From Yuukianura sp. NJ FZ-2021 (lineage: Eukaryota), in the NCBI GenBank assembly GCA_046563655.1, contig JAJCTO010000010.1, positions 1,054,001 to 1,118,000 of the forward strand: a DNA stretch of 64,000 bases, given 5' to 3'. A model generated the notes under the pieces. The model was not told the DNA's origin, ran no database searches, and worked only from the letters and a program-made list of their open reading frames with translations. Shown in pieces: positions 1-14,250 of this stretch (position 1 is the first letter of the stretch; each line of letters starts with the position of its first letter). The position numbers and the translations under genes were made by a program.

Positions 1-3000
1 TCAAATATCGGTCCACTTCGTCGTAGTGCATAACTGACTACATCACACGTTGAAAAACATGTTGCCACCCTCCATCCTTGAGCTTAAACTAGAAGTGCCG
101 GTGAAGTGTCAAGCATGCCTTCATTTCACATGCAAACCATGAGTTCTCACTGTGACACCATGAATCATGATAACTCACACGTCGATGGAACTTCAGGGAA
201 AAACCGACTATTACATTTTCTAAATCAAAATTGAACATTCAGCATTTTTGGCCATTTTTGGATAAAATTTTTGGAAAATACTTTTTTATATTTCCTACCG
301 ACTAGCACATTAAATACATCATGTCTGAAAACTTCTGCCCAACAATAGTCCGAAATTGTATTTTAGCACAGCATGCATCACCATACCACAAGTGCATAAG
401 TCTAACTACGATTTAGGTTTAACTTAGGGTTGAAACTTTACAACAAGGTGTTAAACGTTCTGAAAAATGGAATTTATGCCTTGTTACCGCTCATACCAAA
501 ATTCTTGGTATTCATCAAATAACGGTCCACTTCGTCGTAGTGCATAACTGACTAAATCACACGTTGAAAAACATGTTGTCAGACTCCATCCTTGAGCTTA
601 AACTAGAAGTGCCGGTGAAGTGTCAAGCATGCCTTCATTTCACATGCAAACCATGAGTTCTCACTGTGACACCATGAATCATGATAACTCACACGTCGAT
701 GGAACTTCAGGGAAAAACCGACTATTACATTTTCTAAATCAAAATTGAACATTCAGCATTCTTGGCCATTTTTGGATAAAATTTTTGGAAAATACTTTTT
801 TATATTTCCTACCGACTAGCACATTAAATACATCATGTCTGAAAACTTCTGCCCAACAATAGTCTGAAATTGTTATTTAGCACAGCATCACCATACCACA
901 AGTGCATAATTCTAACTACGATTTAGGTTTAACTTAGGGTTGAAACTATACAACAAGGTGTTAAACGTTCTGAAAAATGGAATTTATGCCTTGTTACCGC
1001 TCATACCAAAATTCTTGGTATTCATCAAATAACGGTCCACTTCGTCGTAGTGCATAACTGACTAAATCACACGTTGAAAAACATGTTGTCAGCCTCCATC
1101 CTTGAGCTTAAACTAGAAGTGCCGGTGAAGTGTCAAGCATGCCTTCACTTCAGATGCAAACCATGAGTTCTCACTTTGACACCATGAATCATGGTAACTC
1201 ACACTTCGATGGAACTTCAGGGAAAAACCGACTATTACATTTTCTAAATCAAAATTGAACATTCAGCATTTTTGGCCATTTTTGGATAAAATTTTTGGAA
1301 AATACTTTTTTATATTTCCTACCGACTAGCACATTAAATACATCATGTCTGAAAACTTCTGCCCAACAATAGTCTGAAATTGTTATTTAGCACAGCATCA
1401 CCATACCACAAGTGCATAATTCTAACTACGATTTAGGTTTAACTTAGGGTTGAAACTATACAACAAGGTGTTAAACGTTCTGAAAAATGGAATTTATGCC
1501 TTGTTACCGCTCATACCAAAATTCTTGGTATTCATCAAATAACGGTCCACTTCGTCGTAGTGCATAACTGACTAAATCACACGTTGAAAAACATGTTGTC
1601 AGACTCCATCCTTGAGCTTAAACTAGAAGTGCCGGTGAAGTGTCAAGCATGCCTTCACTTCACATGCAAACCATGAGTTCTCACTTTGACACCATGAATC
1701 ATGATAACTCACACGTCGATGGAACTTCAGGGAAAAACCGACTATTACATTTTCTAAATCAAAATTGAACATTAAGCATTTTTGGCCGTTTCTGGATACA
1801 ATTTTTGGAAAATACTTTTTTATATTTCCTACCGACTTGCACATTAAATAGATCATGTGTGAAAACTTCTGCATAACAATAGTCCAAAATTGTATTTTAG
1901 CACAGCTCCACCATACAACAAGTGCATAAGTCTAACTACGATTTAGGATTAACTTAAGGTTGACACTATACAACAAGGTGTTAAACGTTCTGAAAAATGG
2001 AATTTATGCCTTGTTACCGCTCATACCAAAATTCTTGGTATTCATCAAATATCGGTCCACTTCGTCGTAGTGCATAACTGACTACATCACACGTTGAAAA
2101 ACATGTTGCCACCCTCCATCCTTGAGCTTAAACTAGAAGTGCCGGTGAAGTGTCAAGCATGCCTTCACTTCACATGCAAACCGTGCGTTCTCACTTTGAC
2201 ACCATGAATCATGATAACTCACACGTCGATGGAACTTCAGGGAAAAACCGACTATTACATTTTCTAAATCAAAATTGAACATTCAGCATTTTTGGCCGTT
2301 TCTGGATACAATTTTTGGAAAATACTTTTTTATATTTCCTACCGACTTGCACATTAAATAGATATGTGTGAAAACTTCTGCATAACAATAGTCCAAAATT
2401 GTATTTTAGCACAGCTCCACCATACAACAAGTGCATAAGTCTAACTACGATTTAGGTTTAACTTAGGGTTGACACTATACAACAAGGTGTTAAACGTTCT
2501 GAAAAATGGAATTTATGCCTTGTTACCGCTCATACCAAAATTCTTGGTATTCATCAAATAACGGTCCACTTCGTCGTAGTGCATAACTGACTAAATCACA
2601 CGTTGAAAAACATGTTGCCAGCCTCCATCCTTGAGCTTAAACTAGAAGTGCCGGTGAAGTGTCAAGCATGCCTTCACTTCACATACAAACCATGAGTTCT
2701 CACTTTGACACCATGAATCATGATAACTCACACGTCGATCGAACTTCAGGAAAAAACCGACTATTACATTTTCTAAATCAAAATTGAACATTCAGCATTT
2801 TTGGCCATTTTTGCATAGAATTTTTGGAAAATTCTTTTTTATATTTCCTACCGACTTGCACATTAATTAGATCATGTCTGAAAACTTCTGCCCAACAAAA
2901 GTCCGAAATTGTGTTTTAGCACAGCTCCACCATACCACAAGTGCATAAGTCTAACTACGATTTAGGTTTAACTTAGGGTTGAAACTATACAACAAGGTGT

Positions 3001-3689
3001 TAAACGTTGTGAAAAATGGAATTTATGCGTTTTTACCGCTTATACAAAAATTCTTGGTATTCATCAAATAACGGTCCACTTTGTTGTAGTGCATAACTGA
3101 CTAAATCACACGTTGAAAAACATGTTGTCAGCCTCCATTCTTGAGCTTAAACTAGAAGTGCCGGTGAAGTGTCAAGCATGCCTTCACTTTAGATCAAACC
3201 ATGAGTTCTCATATTGACACCATGAATCATGACAACTCACACTTCAATCGAACTTCAGGGAAAAACCGACTATTACATTTTCTAAATCAAAATTGAACAT
3301 TCGGCATTTTTGGCCATTTTTGGATGAAATTTTTGGAAAATACTTTTTTATATTTCCTAGCGACTTGCACATTAATTAGATCATGTCTGAAAACTTCTGC
3401 CCAACAAAAGTCCGAAATTGTATTTTAGCACAGCTCCACCATACCACAAGTGCATAAGTCTAACTACGATTTAGGTTTAACTTAGGGTTGAAACTATACA
3501 ACAAGGTGTTAAACGTTGTGAAAAATGGAATTTATGCGTTTTTACCGCTTATACAAAAATTCTTGGTATTCATCAAATAACGGTCCACTTCGTCGTAGTG
3601 CATAACTGACTAAATCACACGTTGAAAAACATGTTGTCAGCCTCCATCCTTGAGCTTAAACTAGAAGTGCCGGTAAAGTGTCGAGCATG
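1..3689. repeat. Satellite A, ~510-bp tandem monomers (~7 copies)
   Basis: Landmark ggtccacttcgtcgtagtgcataac recurs at ~11, 525, 1034, 1544, 2054, 2563 (period ~510). The array resumes in register after the LTR element. Confidence 0.97.
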
Positions 3690-4540
3690 TGTTAGTCTTC
3701 TCGGCGCCTAACCTACGGTCTAGGTAAGTCCTGAGTGGTGACTTACCTGAATTCTGGTGGTTCTTTCCTTCTGTCCCCGAAGCCTGTCTGCCACCGAAGT
3801 AGCCGATGGCTCTGAGGTGCTACGGTAGGTGAGAGCTCGACTGTGTAGATGTTATTATGGACTGTTCTGTACAACGGAGCGGTAATTTGTTGAAACAATA
3901 GAAAGGATGACTGACCATCTACCAAGAGAGTAAGCTCTCTGGCCAGAAAAGGGAATAAAGTTCACTGAACACAATAGCTTTGGTTGAGTAACTACTGTTT
4001 ATTGTTAGTTGAAACACCCTACTCCAAGTGGAGACTTCACCGTGTTATTGTTCTAGAGTCGGAGTTCCGCACAACGGAACTCCGACCCTTCAGGACTCTC
4101 AGTCTACTCTTATTGTTATAAGAACATTATTGTCCCTAGGGCTAACTATTGTTCAGTCTGATTAAGACTGGCTAATCACTAAACTAGACTTAACTAACTA
4201 AGGGCTAACCCCTTCAGTCTGACTGACTGTTAATGACTCCCCCAACTAAAGTGAATACGAGCTACTTTAAGGATAAAAGGTGACGCAGGTACTGACAAGA
4301 GTGTTCGCCATTGGCTTAGCTAAGTCCACGTGTGTCCACGTGTTAAAACTATGTTACTGCCACGTAAGTTATTGTGTCTTAGAATTATGATTCATGCACA
4401 CCTGCTAAGGTTAGATAACTGCGACTTAGAATTACGAGGTTATGAGTTCAGATTACTGCGACTTAACATACTACGTTTTATAGTTATGAGTCATGTGCGC
4501 CGAGCAAAGTGAGTGGGATCACCCTGTCATAACGCTCACA
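3690..4540 (-). repeat. 3' LTR of the Gypsy element
   Basis: tgttagtc...acgctcaca matches 21529-22379 with about 19 substitutions counted by eye. Confidence 0.95.
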
Positions 4541-4553
4541 TACTCCCCTCACC
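4541..4553 (-). promoter_or_regulatory. Polypurine tract
   Basis: Minus strand reads GGTGAGGGGAGTA immediately before the 3' LTR. Confidence 0.8.
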
Positions 4554-5075
4554 ACGGTGAAATTCCTGTCAAGGAATTTGAATAGTTTTTGTAAAACTAG
4601 ATAGTTACTCATTTTCGACATTTTGCATTTTTCTTTTTGATTTTTTTTCTTAAATATATATATTTTTGTAATTACTGTATTTTTAAGTTAATTTTTAAAC
4701 ATAATTTTGTAATTATATTCCGTTACTGATAGATATCTTCTACATTATAAGTATTTGAATGTTTGATTAAAATTATTAGTGGTATGCATTTATATTATAA
4801 ATATTTGATTAATTATTATTATTATTATTTTTTTTTTTAGGTATTTTTTAGTTATATTGAATTTTTTCTTTTGATTTTTTAGTAAATGAGATGTGAACAA
4901 AAATCCTCCTTATTCGTGGAGTTGAATATGTTAGCTGATTCAAATTAATTTAGGATATTTATTTACGGATAGTATTTCCGATTCGACATCGGGTTAATCT
5001 TCAAGAAGTCCTCCGAATTTCTCTTTCTTTTCGGTCTTGTTGATTATTGAGACCAGTTGTTTATTGTTGATGAAG

Positions 5076-5507
5076 TTAATGCCTGGTTTGGCACACTGAA
5101 GAATGTAGGTAGTGATTAGAAGAAGGTTGAGTTCCATGTAATAAGTCATCGTCCGTAGAGTTGTTGATGGTGTCCTGGGATGGTATAGCTGAACAATTAA
5201 AGATGGACTCTTGAGCTGTAAAGATTGTCGATGAAGTTGTTGAAGTTGGAACTGATGATGATGTTACAACTGATGGAGTTGTTTCAATAGTTGAAGTTGT
5301 TTCGTCTGTTGTTGTATTGTTCTTAGTAGTTGAGGTACTATTAGTAGTTGTTACTGTTGTAACTTCGGCTTGGTCAAAAGAGTTTTTTGTTGTGGACATA
5401 GGTGCTAACTGGTTGATGTCAAATATGGAAGGACGCTGAATTTCAACTCTGTGATGACTTATATCTAAATTTTGAAGATTTTGGATTGGTTTGTAGAAGT
5501 TGGTCAA
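5076..5507 (-). pseudogene. Thr/Ser-rich (mucin-like) ORF remnant between pol and the 3' LTR; possibly an env-like or accessory ORF relic
   Basis: 143-aa ORF with long T/S runs at the position where env-like ORFs occur; no clear start codon or signal peptide. Confidence 0.35.
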
Positions 5508-6280
5508 AATATTCGAGTAGGTGACAACTATTTTATAATTAAAACATGCATTCTTATATCTTTAGATTATGATTAGTATTCGAATTCCTTTAACCAACCA
5601 GGGGGCTTTCTATTTCGTACAGGGCGAGCTAGACAGCTCTCTGGTTCTGGTTCTGGAATTGTAGGTATAGGTATAGTAATATTATCTGGTGTATCGTCTT
5701 TTTTGTCTAGAGTGTCCTCTATGTTTTCGTCTTTTACATTTTTTTCTGGTAATTTGTCTTTTTTGTTAAAATTTTGTTCATTTTCATTTTTTATAATTCC
5801 AGTTTTAGCTACTTCTTTTTTAAATTCTTCGACTTCGGTATTTAAAAACGTAAGAATTCGATTTTTGTTTTTTGATTGTGTAAGAATGTACATAATTGCG
5901 CCAAAAACTGAAATATACAAACGCAGTTGTATTGATGATATTAATAATAATGTGATAAAGCATTCTTCCCAACCTTCTCCAATGATCAAAATATCATTTG
6001 ATAGTAATCGATCTCTCAATTCAACATATTTTTTAATCTCAATTGGATTACAAATATGGTGAATAAAAAGTCCTTCTGGGTCAGTTATCTGAATTTTTGA
6101 AGTATTTGATTTATGAATTTTGAATGTGATTGGTTTGTTTGAATTAATAAACTTCTTGCAAAGACGATGTAAATAAGTATCGTCAGATCAATTATAGAGA
6201 ATTCCCGCGCCGGATATTGTTAACCTAGACCTCTGATATTGTTAGAGGTAACTTGAGGTCAAAGAGCATTCGGCATTACA

Positions 6281-7163
<883 letters not shown>

Positions 7164-7920
7164 CTCGCGGCGTCAAACATCCATCCCCGAATTGTGGAAA
7201 AAAAAGATGACCTTGACCTTTGACCCTACTAGAGGTCACTCAAGCTCATCAAAATCGAATCCTCGCATTCCCCTTCCGAGTCTGCCCATCCGTTTCCGTG
7301 ATGTAAATGGAGCATAACCTTGACCTATGACACCAATAGAGGTCACTTAAGGTGAATCCTAAAACTGATTTTTAGTCATCTGGTTTGTAGTTACTCATTA
7401 AAAAGCTGCAAGGTCACAAGGTTGTTGTTTCAATGCGATGAACACCTTTTGTAAGGGTCATTTTTTTGATTTCCGTGAAAAAATGTACTTGACCTTGACC
7501 TTTGGCCCGGGAATTGGCCACTTCCGGTCAAACCAGAGACCGATTAGTCACACCTGTACCATGTGAAGGTCATCTGCGAAGACAGGTTGAAAATCGGTCC
7601 TGTGGTTCCTGAGTTATAGACGCGCGTAGAATGAGCGACGCCATTTTGCAACTTTCATCGTCTATATCTCCAGAACCGTAGGTCAAAGGTCAACGTCACC
7701 TACAGCAAAGTTGTTCCTCTTAATGAAATGAACAACTTTTGTAGAGGCCATTTGTCCAAATTCCGTCGAAAATGTACTTGACCTTGACCTTTGACCCGGA
7801 AGTTGGCCACTTCCGGTCAAACCGAAAACAACTTGTTTATCCCTGGACCATGTGTAGTTCATCTGTGAAGACAGATTGAAAATCGGTCCAGCGGTTCCAG
7901 AGATATTGTGGCTAGTATAA

Positions 7921-7980
7921 AGACGGACGGACGGACAGACAGACGGACAGACGGACAGACGGACAGACGGACGGACGGAC
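7921..7980. repeat. (GACG/GACA)n tetranucleotide microsatellite
   Basis: agacggacggacggacagacagacggacagac... Confidence 0.95.
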
Positions 7981-10900
7981 ATTACGATCCCTATAAGTAT
8001 CTGACGATACTTAATAAAGACAATGTCTGTTAACTTGTTTTGCAAACATATTTCAAGTATTTTTGATTCTGAAAGTGGTTGTTCTGACACTTGTGTATTT
8101 AGAACAAAAAATTTCATTGGAATTGTGCTATTTGGTGGTATTTCTGTTGGAATTCCCCATTCTTTTACTTGAAATATGTAATCAGTGATATCTGTTAAGT
8201 TACAGATGTCTTCGGCGAATTGTTGTTCATCGACTAGAATTTCTAAAGAATCGGTTTCAATAACGTCATCTTCCGAAATCAACCTCATCCGTTTAGTGTG
8301 TGTTTTAAAAATTCTTCCAGTTGTCATGCATTTAACTTCGTAAATGTCAGGACCAACTTTTTCTGTAATAATGTAACTTCCCCAATAGTAGGCTACCCAT
8401 TTTCTAGCCTGTCCTTTTTCACCTTGTCTTGGGTAAGTTAGACGTACAATGTCTCCTTTTGTGTAAAGTCTAGACATTCTGAATTTATTATTGACTTCTT
8501 GTGTTTTTTGTTGTTGATCAGATATTGCTGATCTGAGTTTTGACCATAAAGTTAGAATATTTTCTTGCTTAATGCGCAGATCTTTATTTTTAATTTCTTT
8601 ATGAAACGCATAAGGAAAATTTGGTTGTCGGTTAAATACCATTGAGAATGAAGAATGGTAATTTAAACTTTTCAAAGGCGTTGTGTTAATGCAAAAGTTA
8701 ATCATAGGAACAAATTCGGACCAATTAGAATGGTTATCGTTAACGTAATTTCGTATTATGCCATGCCAGATTTGATGTGTTCTTTCTGACAACGAATTTC
8801 CTGTGCTGTTATAATACATTGTATGTGTAATTTGCGTATCAAATATTTTTGAAAAAGATTTCAGAAATTCTGACGCATAGTTTGAACCATTGTCGACGTA
8901 GATGCGTTTTGGAGTTGAAAATTTTAAGAAAACTTCCTTTTCAAAAAAATCTGCGATATCTTCTGCTTTTGTAGTTTTTAAAGCTTTAAGTATGGTGTAC
9001 TTAGTCATTAAACATACACAGTTAATTATGTATTTGTAGCCATTGCTCGAGGGCATTGGTCCACAGATGTCGCTTGCACATACCTCCATTGGATAGTTTC
9101 CAATTGGAAGTTTTCCTGCTAAACCATGTATTTTTCCAAAATGACGTTTCATTCTGTTACATTCGTCACAACTTTGGATATGTTTAACTAAATCTTGTTT
9201 TTGAGATGGCCAAGCAAAAAGCCTTGATAACTTATTATAACATTTTGTATAGCCGCAATGACCAGATATTGGAACGTTATGTATTTCATGTAAAATATAT
9301 TTCCGTTGTTGTTGAGGAACAAAAATTCTCGAAAATCCGAGTCTCATGTCAAACACAATTCCATCTTTGACTACATACCTTGCTCGTGTATGAATATCAT
9401 TTTTAATCCAATTTGTTCTAATTTTGACACATTCTTGATCCACTAACTGTAACGCAGCCCAGTCTATTGTGTTATCAACGTTATACCATTTTGTAAGTGT
9501 CTCCGGATTTTTAATAATAAGTTCTTCTAACAAGATGAATTGGCTTTCTGGTATCTCAAGATCATTAGCTTCTTGTGTAAGAGGATCTCTACTTAACATG
9601 TCTGGAAGATCCATATTTTTGCCTTTTTATATTTGATTTCATAGTCAAAACCCATAAGGATTACAGACCATTTTATTAATTCATGGTTCCGGCGTTTTGA
9701 AGGAGATTTTTTGTTTGGACTAACGGTAGTGAATCCGTTATGATTGTAAATTGAATATCCATCAAATATAAATGAAAAACCGAACAACAAGTAACTATAG
9801 CAAATAATTCTCTCATGAATCCTGGATAATCTTTCTGCTTTCCTTTTAATAAAGATGAATGGTAAGCTATTGGAACTTCTAAGTTTTCATTCGTAGTTTG
9901 GAGCAATGCTCCACCTATACCGTAACCACTAGCGTCTGTATATAAGATTGTTGGTCTAGATTTGTCAAACCAATGTAATAATGGCGGTGATGTTAAAATT
10001 TCTTTGATTTTGTCGATTTGTTGTTCGTGGATTTTTTCTAACTTGAATGCTTTATCTTTCTTTAGAAGTTCGTACAAAGGTTGTGTGAGTAAAGAGAAGT
10101 TAGGTACACTTCTTCTAAACCAATTAAATGATCCTAATAATCTTTGAAGTTTCTTAACTGACGTTGGATATGAAATTTGTTGGACTGCTTTTAGTTTCTC
10201 TGGTTGTTGTCTAACTCCACTGGTACCTACCAGCATTCCCAATAGTGGTATTTCAGGATACCCGAAGTAGCATTTGTGAATGGCTAACTTAGCATTAGAT
10301 TCCCTTAATTTCAAAAAAGTTTTCCTAATATCTTCTAAATGATTTTGCCATGTTCTGCTCGCGAAAACTAAATCATCGATGTAAATAATGTTATTTACCA
10401 TTAATGTTTCTCCTAAAATCCAATGATAACAGCGAGTAAAACTCGCTGGGGCTGTGCTAATTCCAAACGGTAAGTAGGTGAACGCAAAATTCCCTTTTTG
10501 TGTGGAAAACGTTAAGTACTGAACACTATCTTCTGCCATCTTAATACTCCAAAATCCTCTTTGTACGTCACACATGCTGAAATAATTATGCCTATCTTGG
10601 ATCCAATCCAGGACAGCATCAACGCTAATCATAGTGTATTACACTGGTGCGATCATACTGTTAAGTTTTACGTAATTGATACAAAATCTAAAGGTTTTTT
10701 CTCCATTTGGTAAAGTGTGTCCGGGGACTAAGACGGTAGATGACACATAATTTGAATTACATGGGACTATACGACGTAATTTTAGTAACTCGTCAATTGT
10801 TTTGTTTTCGAATTCTGTCATAGCTGGCGTTCTTCTGGCTGGTTGGCTTCGAAATGTAGTTGCGTTAGGACGCAACACTACATGATGGACATAATTTTTA

Positions 10901-12149
10901 ATTTCTCCTATCTCTCTCTTATATGCGAAAACGTCTGTGAATGACTCTAATAATTGACGCAAGTCGTCTTGCTTACTTTTTTCTAAATCTGGATTGATTC
11001 TAGCTAGGATTCGATCCAAATGTTCTTTAAGTAAGTTCGAAGGTAAATCAGAAAGTTTAAAATTAGGAAGAGTTTCATCTATTTCTGAAGTTTGGTTGTG
11101 TTCTCCTTCAATTAACCCGATTGTGGTAATACGCTTTTCTATAAAACTGGGTGAGGGGACTTCTACCCAGCACTTCTCTGGTAAGGATTCAGAAAAGGTT
11201 TTATCGCCTTCTATAGCGTAAGTGCCTGCTACAAAGGGATCTTCACCTTCTGTAACGTAGGTGCCTGCTACAAAGGTGGCTCCCCGGGGATACTCTATAT
11301 CAACAGGTCTATACTGATCTGGAAGAGGGACCAGTGTATCAGCCAGACCAGCATATCCTATTGTTCCTTGATTACGATTCTCGATATGATTGTTGATATT
11401 TTTATTGATTTGAATGTGTGAGTTCAGATTTTTTACGTTACCTTCTTTGCTCCCCGTCGAGATTAAATGAGTAATCTCTGAGCTCACATAATCAACAATA
11501 TTTGAGTCTACATGGTCAATAGAACTTGATGAGTATAGACTTTGTTCAACGTTGTGTAGAATGACTGCGTCATTTTCTACTAAACTAAACACCTTGCAAT
11601 TAACTTTAATATTTTCTACTACTATTGGTATAATTTTAATTTCTCTTCCATTCCAATGAATTATTTGGCGTTTCAAGTCAATTAATATTTCCTGCTTAAC
11701 TAAAAAGTCGTTTCCTAATAGAGCTTCTAACGAAAAATTCTCTATTACCACCATCGTATGGTCAACTTCCTGATTGTGAAATTTGATTTTTACTTCTGAC
11801 ACTCCCAAAGACGAAATAGATGAATTTCCTATTCCTTTTAAAGTTACAATATCATTATTTTTCTCTATGTTTTCTAATTTTACCAGTTTACTATTCACGA
11901 CTGAACACCCTGAATCTAAAATAATGTTAATCTGAAAACCATTTACGTAGCCAACCACTCGAAGCAATCCATTCTTACCTATACTACATACTATACGATT
12001 ATTGCTAAATTTTTGAAAAATGTGAGTTTTTGGTTTTAGTGATTCTAGTGAGAAAGAATTTAGGATTGGAGAGTTTGAGTTTGGTAAGTCGTATTTGACG
12101 GGTTGGCTGGGGTTTAGTTCTCCTGATTGCGGCCCCGTGTTTGTTGTGT

Positions 12150-12192
12150 AGGATGGAAATTCGCCGCCACCGCCATCCCATCTTAGTTTTTT
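12150..12192 (-). promoter_or_regulatory. gag-pol -1 programmed ribosomal frameshift site
   Basis: A_AAA_AAC (12192-12186) lies in the gag frame just before the gag TAA; pol is open in the -1 frame; a downstream stem GGATGG...CCATCC follows. Confidence 0.75.
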
Positions 12193-13235
12193 GTTTGCAT
12201 TCGACATGTTCCATCGCCGTGGGCGCCCGTGCCGTGTAGGGAACACCATTGAGCGTCGATCCTACTGGATGGGTTACTGGATGAAGTTTGTAGGTTCTGA
12301 TTCTGTCGACGGCAATCCTGATTTGAATGTCCAGTTGTCTTATGCCAGGAACAAAATTGCTGCGGACTATATTCGGCCGTAGATGTTCTACAGTCCGCTT
12401 CAAAATGTCCCCTTTGATTACAAGATGTGCAAATATTATTTCTTGGACATTGTGCGCTGAAATGTCCCGGCATGGAACAAGTAAAGCAAACTCCATTATT
12501 GGAGTTTTGCGGTCTGAACGAGGTGTCCTGTCTGACCTCTCGTTGGCGTAGTGGTTTAGAGTAGCCACCAATTCTAGTGTTTACTCCAAATTGTTCTTAA
12601 GTTGTGTAGTCCGGATAGGTCGAAGTATATTGTTCGGTATTTTGAATTCTTCCAGCTGTTTTCTGAACTACCATTACTTCCATTTTATTCATTCTCTCTT
12701 GGATGTCATTCATGACGTCTTTTTGTTCGAAAAGCTCTGCAGTAGCTTGTGTCATAACATTGACATCCTTCTGATGTAATAACAGCTCATTGGTTTCTTC
12801 GATGCTCTTCATTGCCTTCAAAAATTCTGGAATTGTTTCTGGCTTTGTTGCTCCCAGAGCGCTGATGTTGGAAGGTCTTAAATTTCTAATAAGCCACCTA
12901 ACTTGGCGGGCTTCAGTGATATCTGGATCCATTTGACGAAGTAAATCCGTCAGTTCATACACATATGAAGTTGCTGATTCATTCAACATCTGTTTCCTGT
13001 TGATGACCTTTTGTTCGATGGCCATTGTGCTGGATTGTCCAAAGGCCTTGATGAGTTCTCTTTTAATTGTAGGATAACCGACCAATAGTGACTGGCCAGG
13101 TGGTTTGTTTGAATCCAAAAATGAAAAAAGCCAAGCTTCTGCAGTTCCCGTAAGAGAGGAACTCAGAATGATAGCCCATTCGGTTTGTGGAATTAAATTC
13201 CCAGTCATTGCGAATTGGAATTTAACGATGAATCG

Positions 13236-14250
13236 TGAAACGGGGTAATTCTTCGCATCTTTAAAATACTTGGAAAAGTACCTTTGTTTAATGAAAACTG
13301 TTGGTAGTTCTCTGAAAACTACCAATAGCCGAGGCCCCAAGGCCTCTGCGGGTCTAACACCCGCTTACCCCTCGTGACCTAACCCTTTGACCCTCCCGGG
13401 CCCTTAAGGAACTAATCTGAATGCCAGAGATCAAGAAGAGGATGAAGCCTAGCCTACCTAATCCACCTGTTTCTCCTGATTACCCGCCATTGACCCCAGG
13501 TGGGGCCTGGTCCCACCAGCCCCACCGCCAGTCCTAACTGCCTAAGATACTATAGAATAAGCCCAAACCTAGCTCTCTTAAACAACATAGTAATTGTTTT
13601 CAATTACCTCTTCAGCTACAGTTGGATTCTCGGTAGTTAGTGGACTCCAGCAAGAGCGAAGTTTAGATGCAACAACGGCAGAGAGTTGGATTTTTCAGAG
13701 TTTATTTCCCAAAAGAGAGTATAGCGCAACCTAACCTTTTGAAAGTAGATCCCAGAGAGATTTAGGAGAAAAGCTAATTTGAAAATGACTTAATTTTAAC
13801 AGAGTTCTCACTACTATTTATAACCTAGTTAGTAACCTACTCTGTCCTCTAATTCTAATTACCCTTGGCAACTTGTGTCCGCAATCGGACGTTAATGACC
13901 AGGATTTATAATCCTGTTTAGTCATTAATGTCCGATATCAGACAAAGTTGCGAGTGTATGCAAATTGACATCTCGTCAATTTGAATTAAAATCACTCGCT
14001 TATGGCATGACTTTACATGTCGAACAAGTGTAAAACTTGTTAAACAAGGTAGAATTGTCGCGTCGGCTTTCTCTGGCCTGTCAGATCAAAGATCATAACT
14101 CTTTGCAACTTTGTTGCAAAAGCGAGTTTTATCAATTTGCATACACGTTCATTTTACCCTTATCACTAATTACTCCTAATTAGAAATTCGTTCAGATTTT
14201 AACTTGTCCCGAAATACGAATTCCGGGAGAAGTCAAAATCCGACGTTACA
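13236..14250 (-). repeat. LTR of the nested element (~1015 bp)
   Basis: Minus strand begins TGTAACG and ends CGTTTCA; PPT immediately upstream; AATAAA near 13701-13706; internal hairpin at ~13869-13950. Confidence 0.72.

Noticed and set aside
7683..8013. C-terminus of the 643-aa integrase ORF (SVRPSVRLSVC...)
   Set aside because: Read-through into the inserted element and its microsatellite; the true pol continuation is at 6173-5573.
13236..13340. N-terminus of the 247-aa ORF as the gag start
   Set aside because: Derived from the nested LTR; the real gag start is at 16143.
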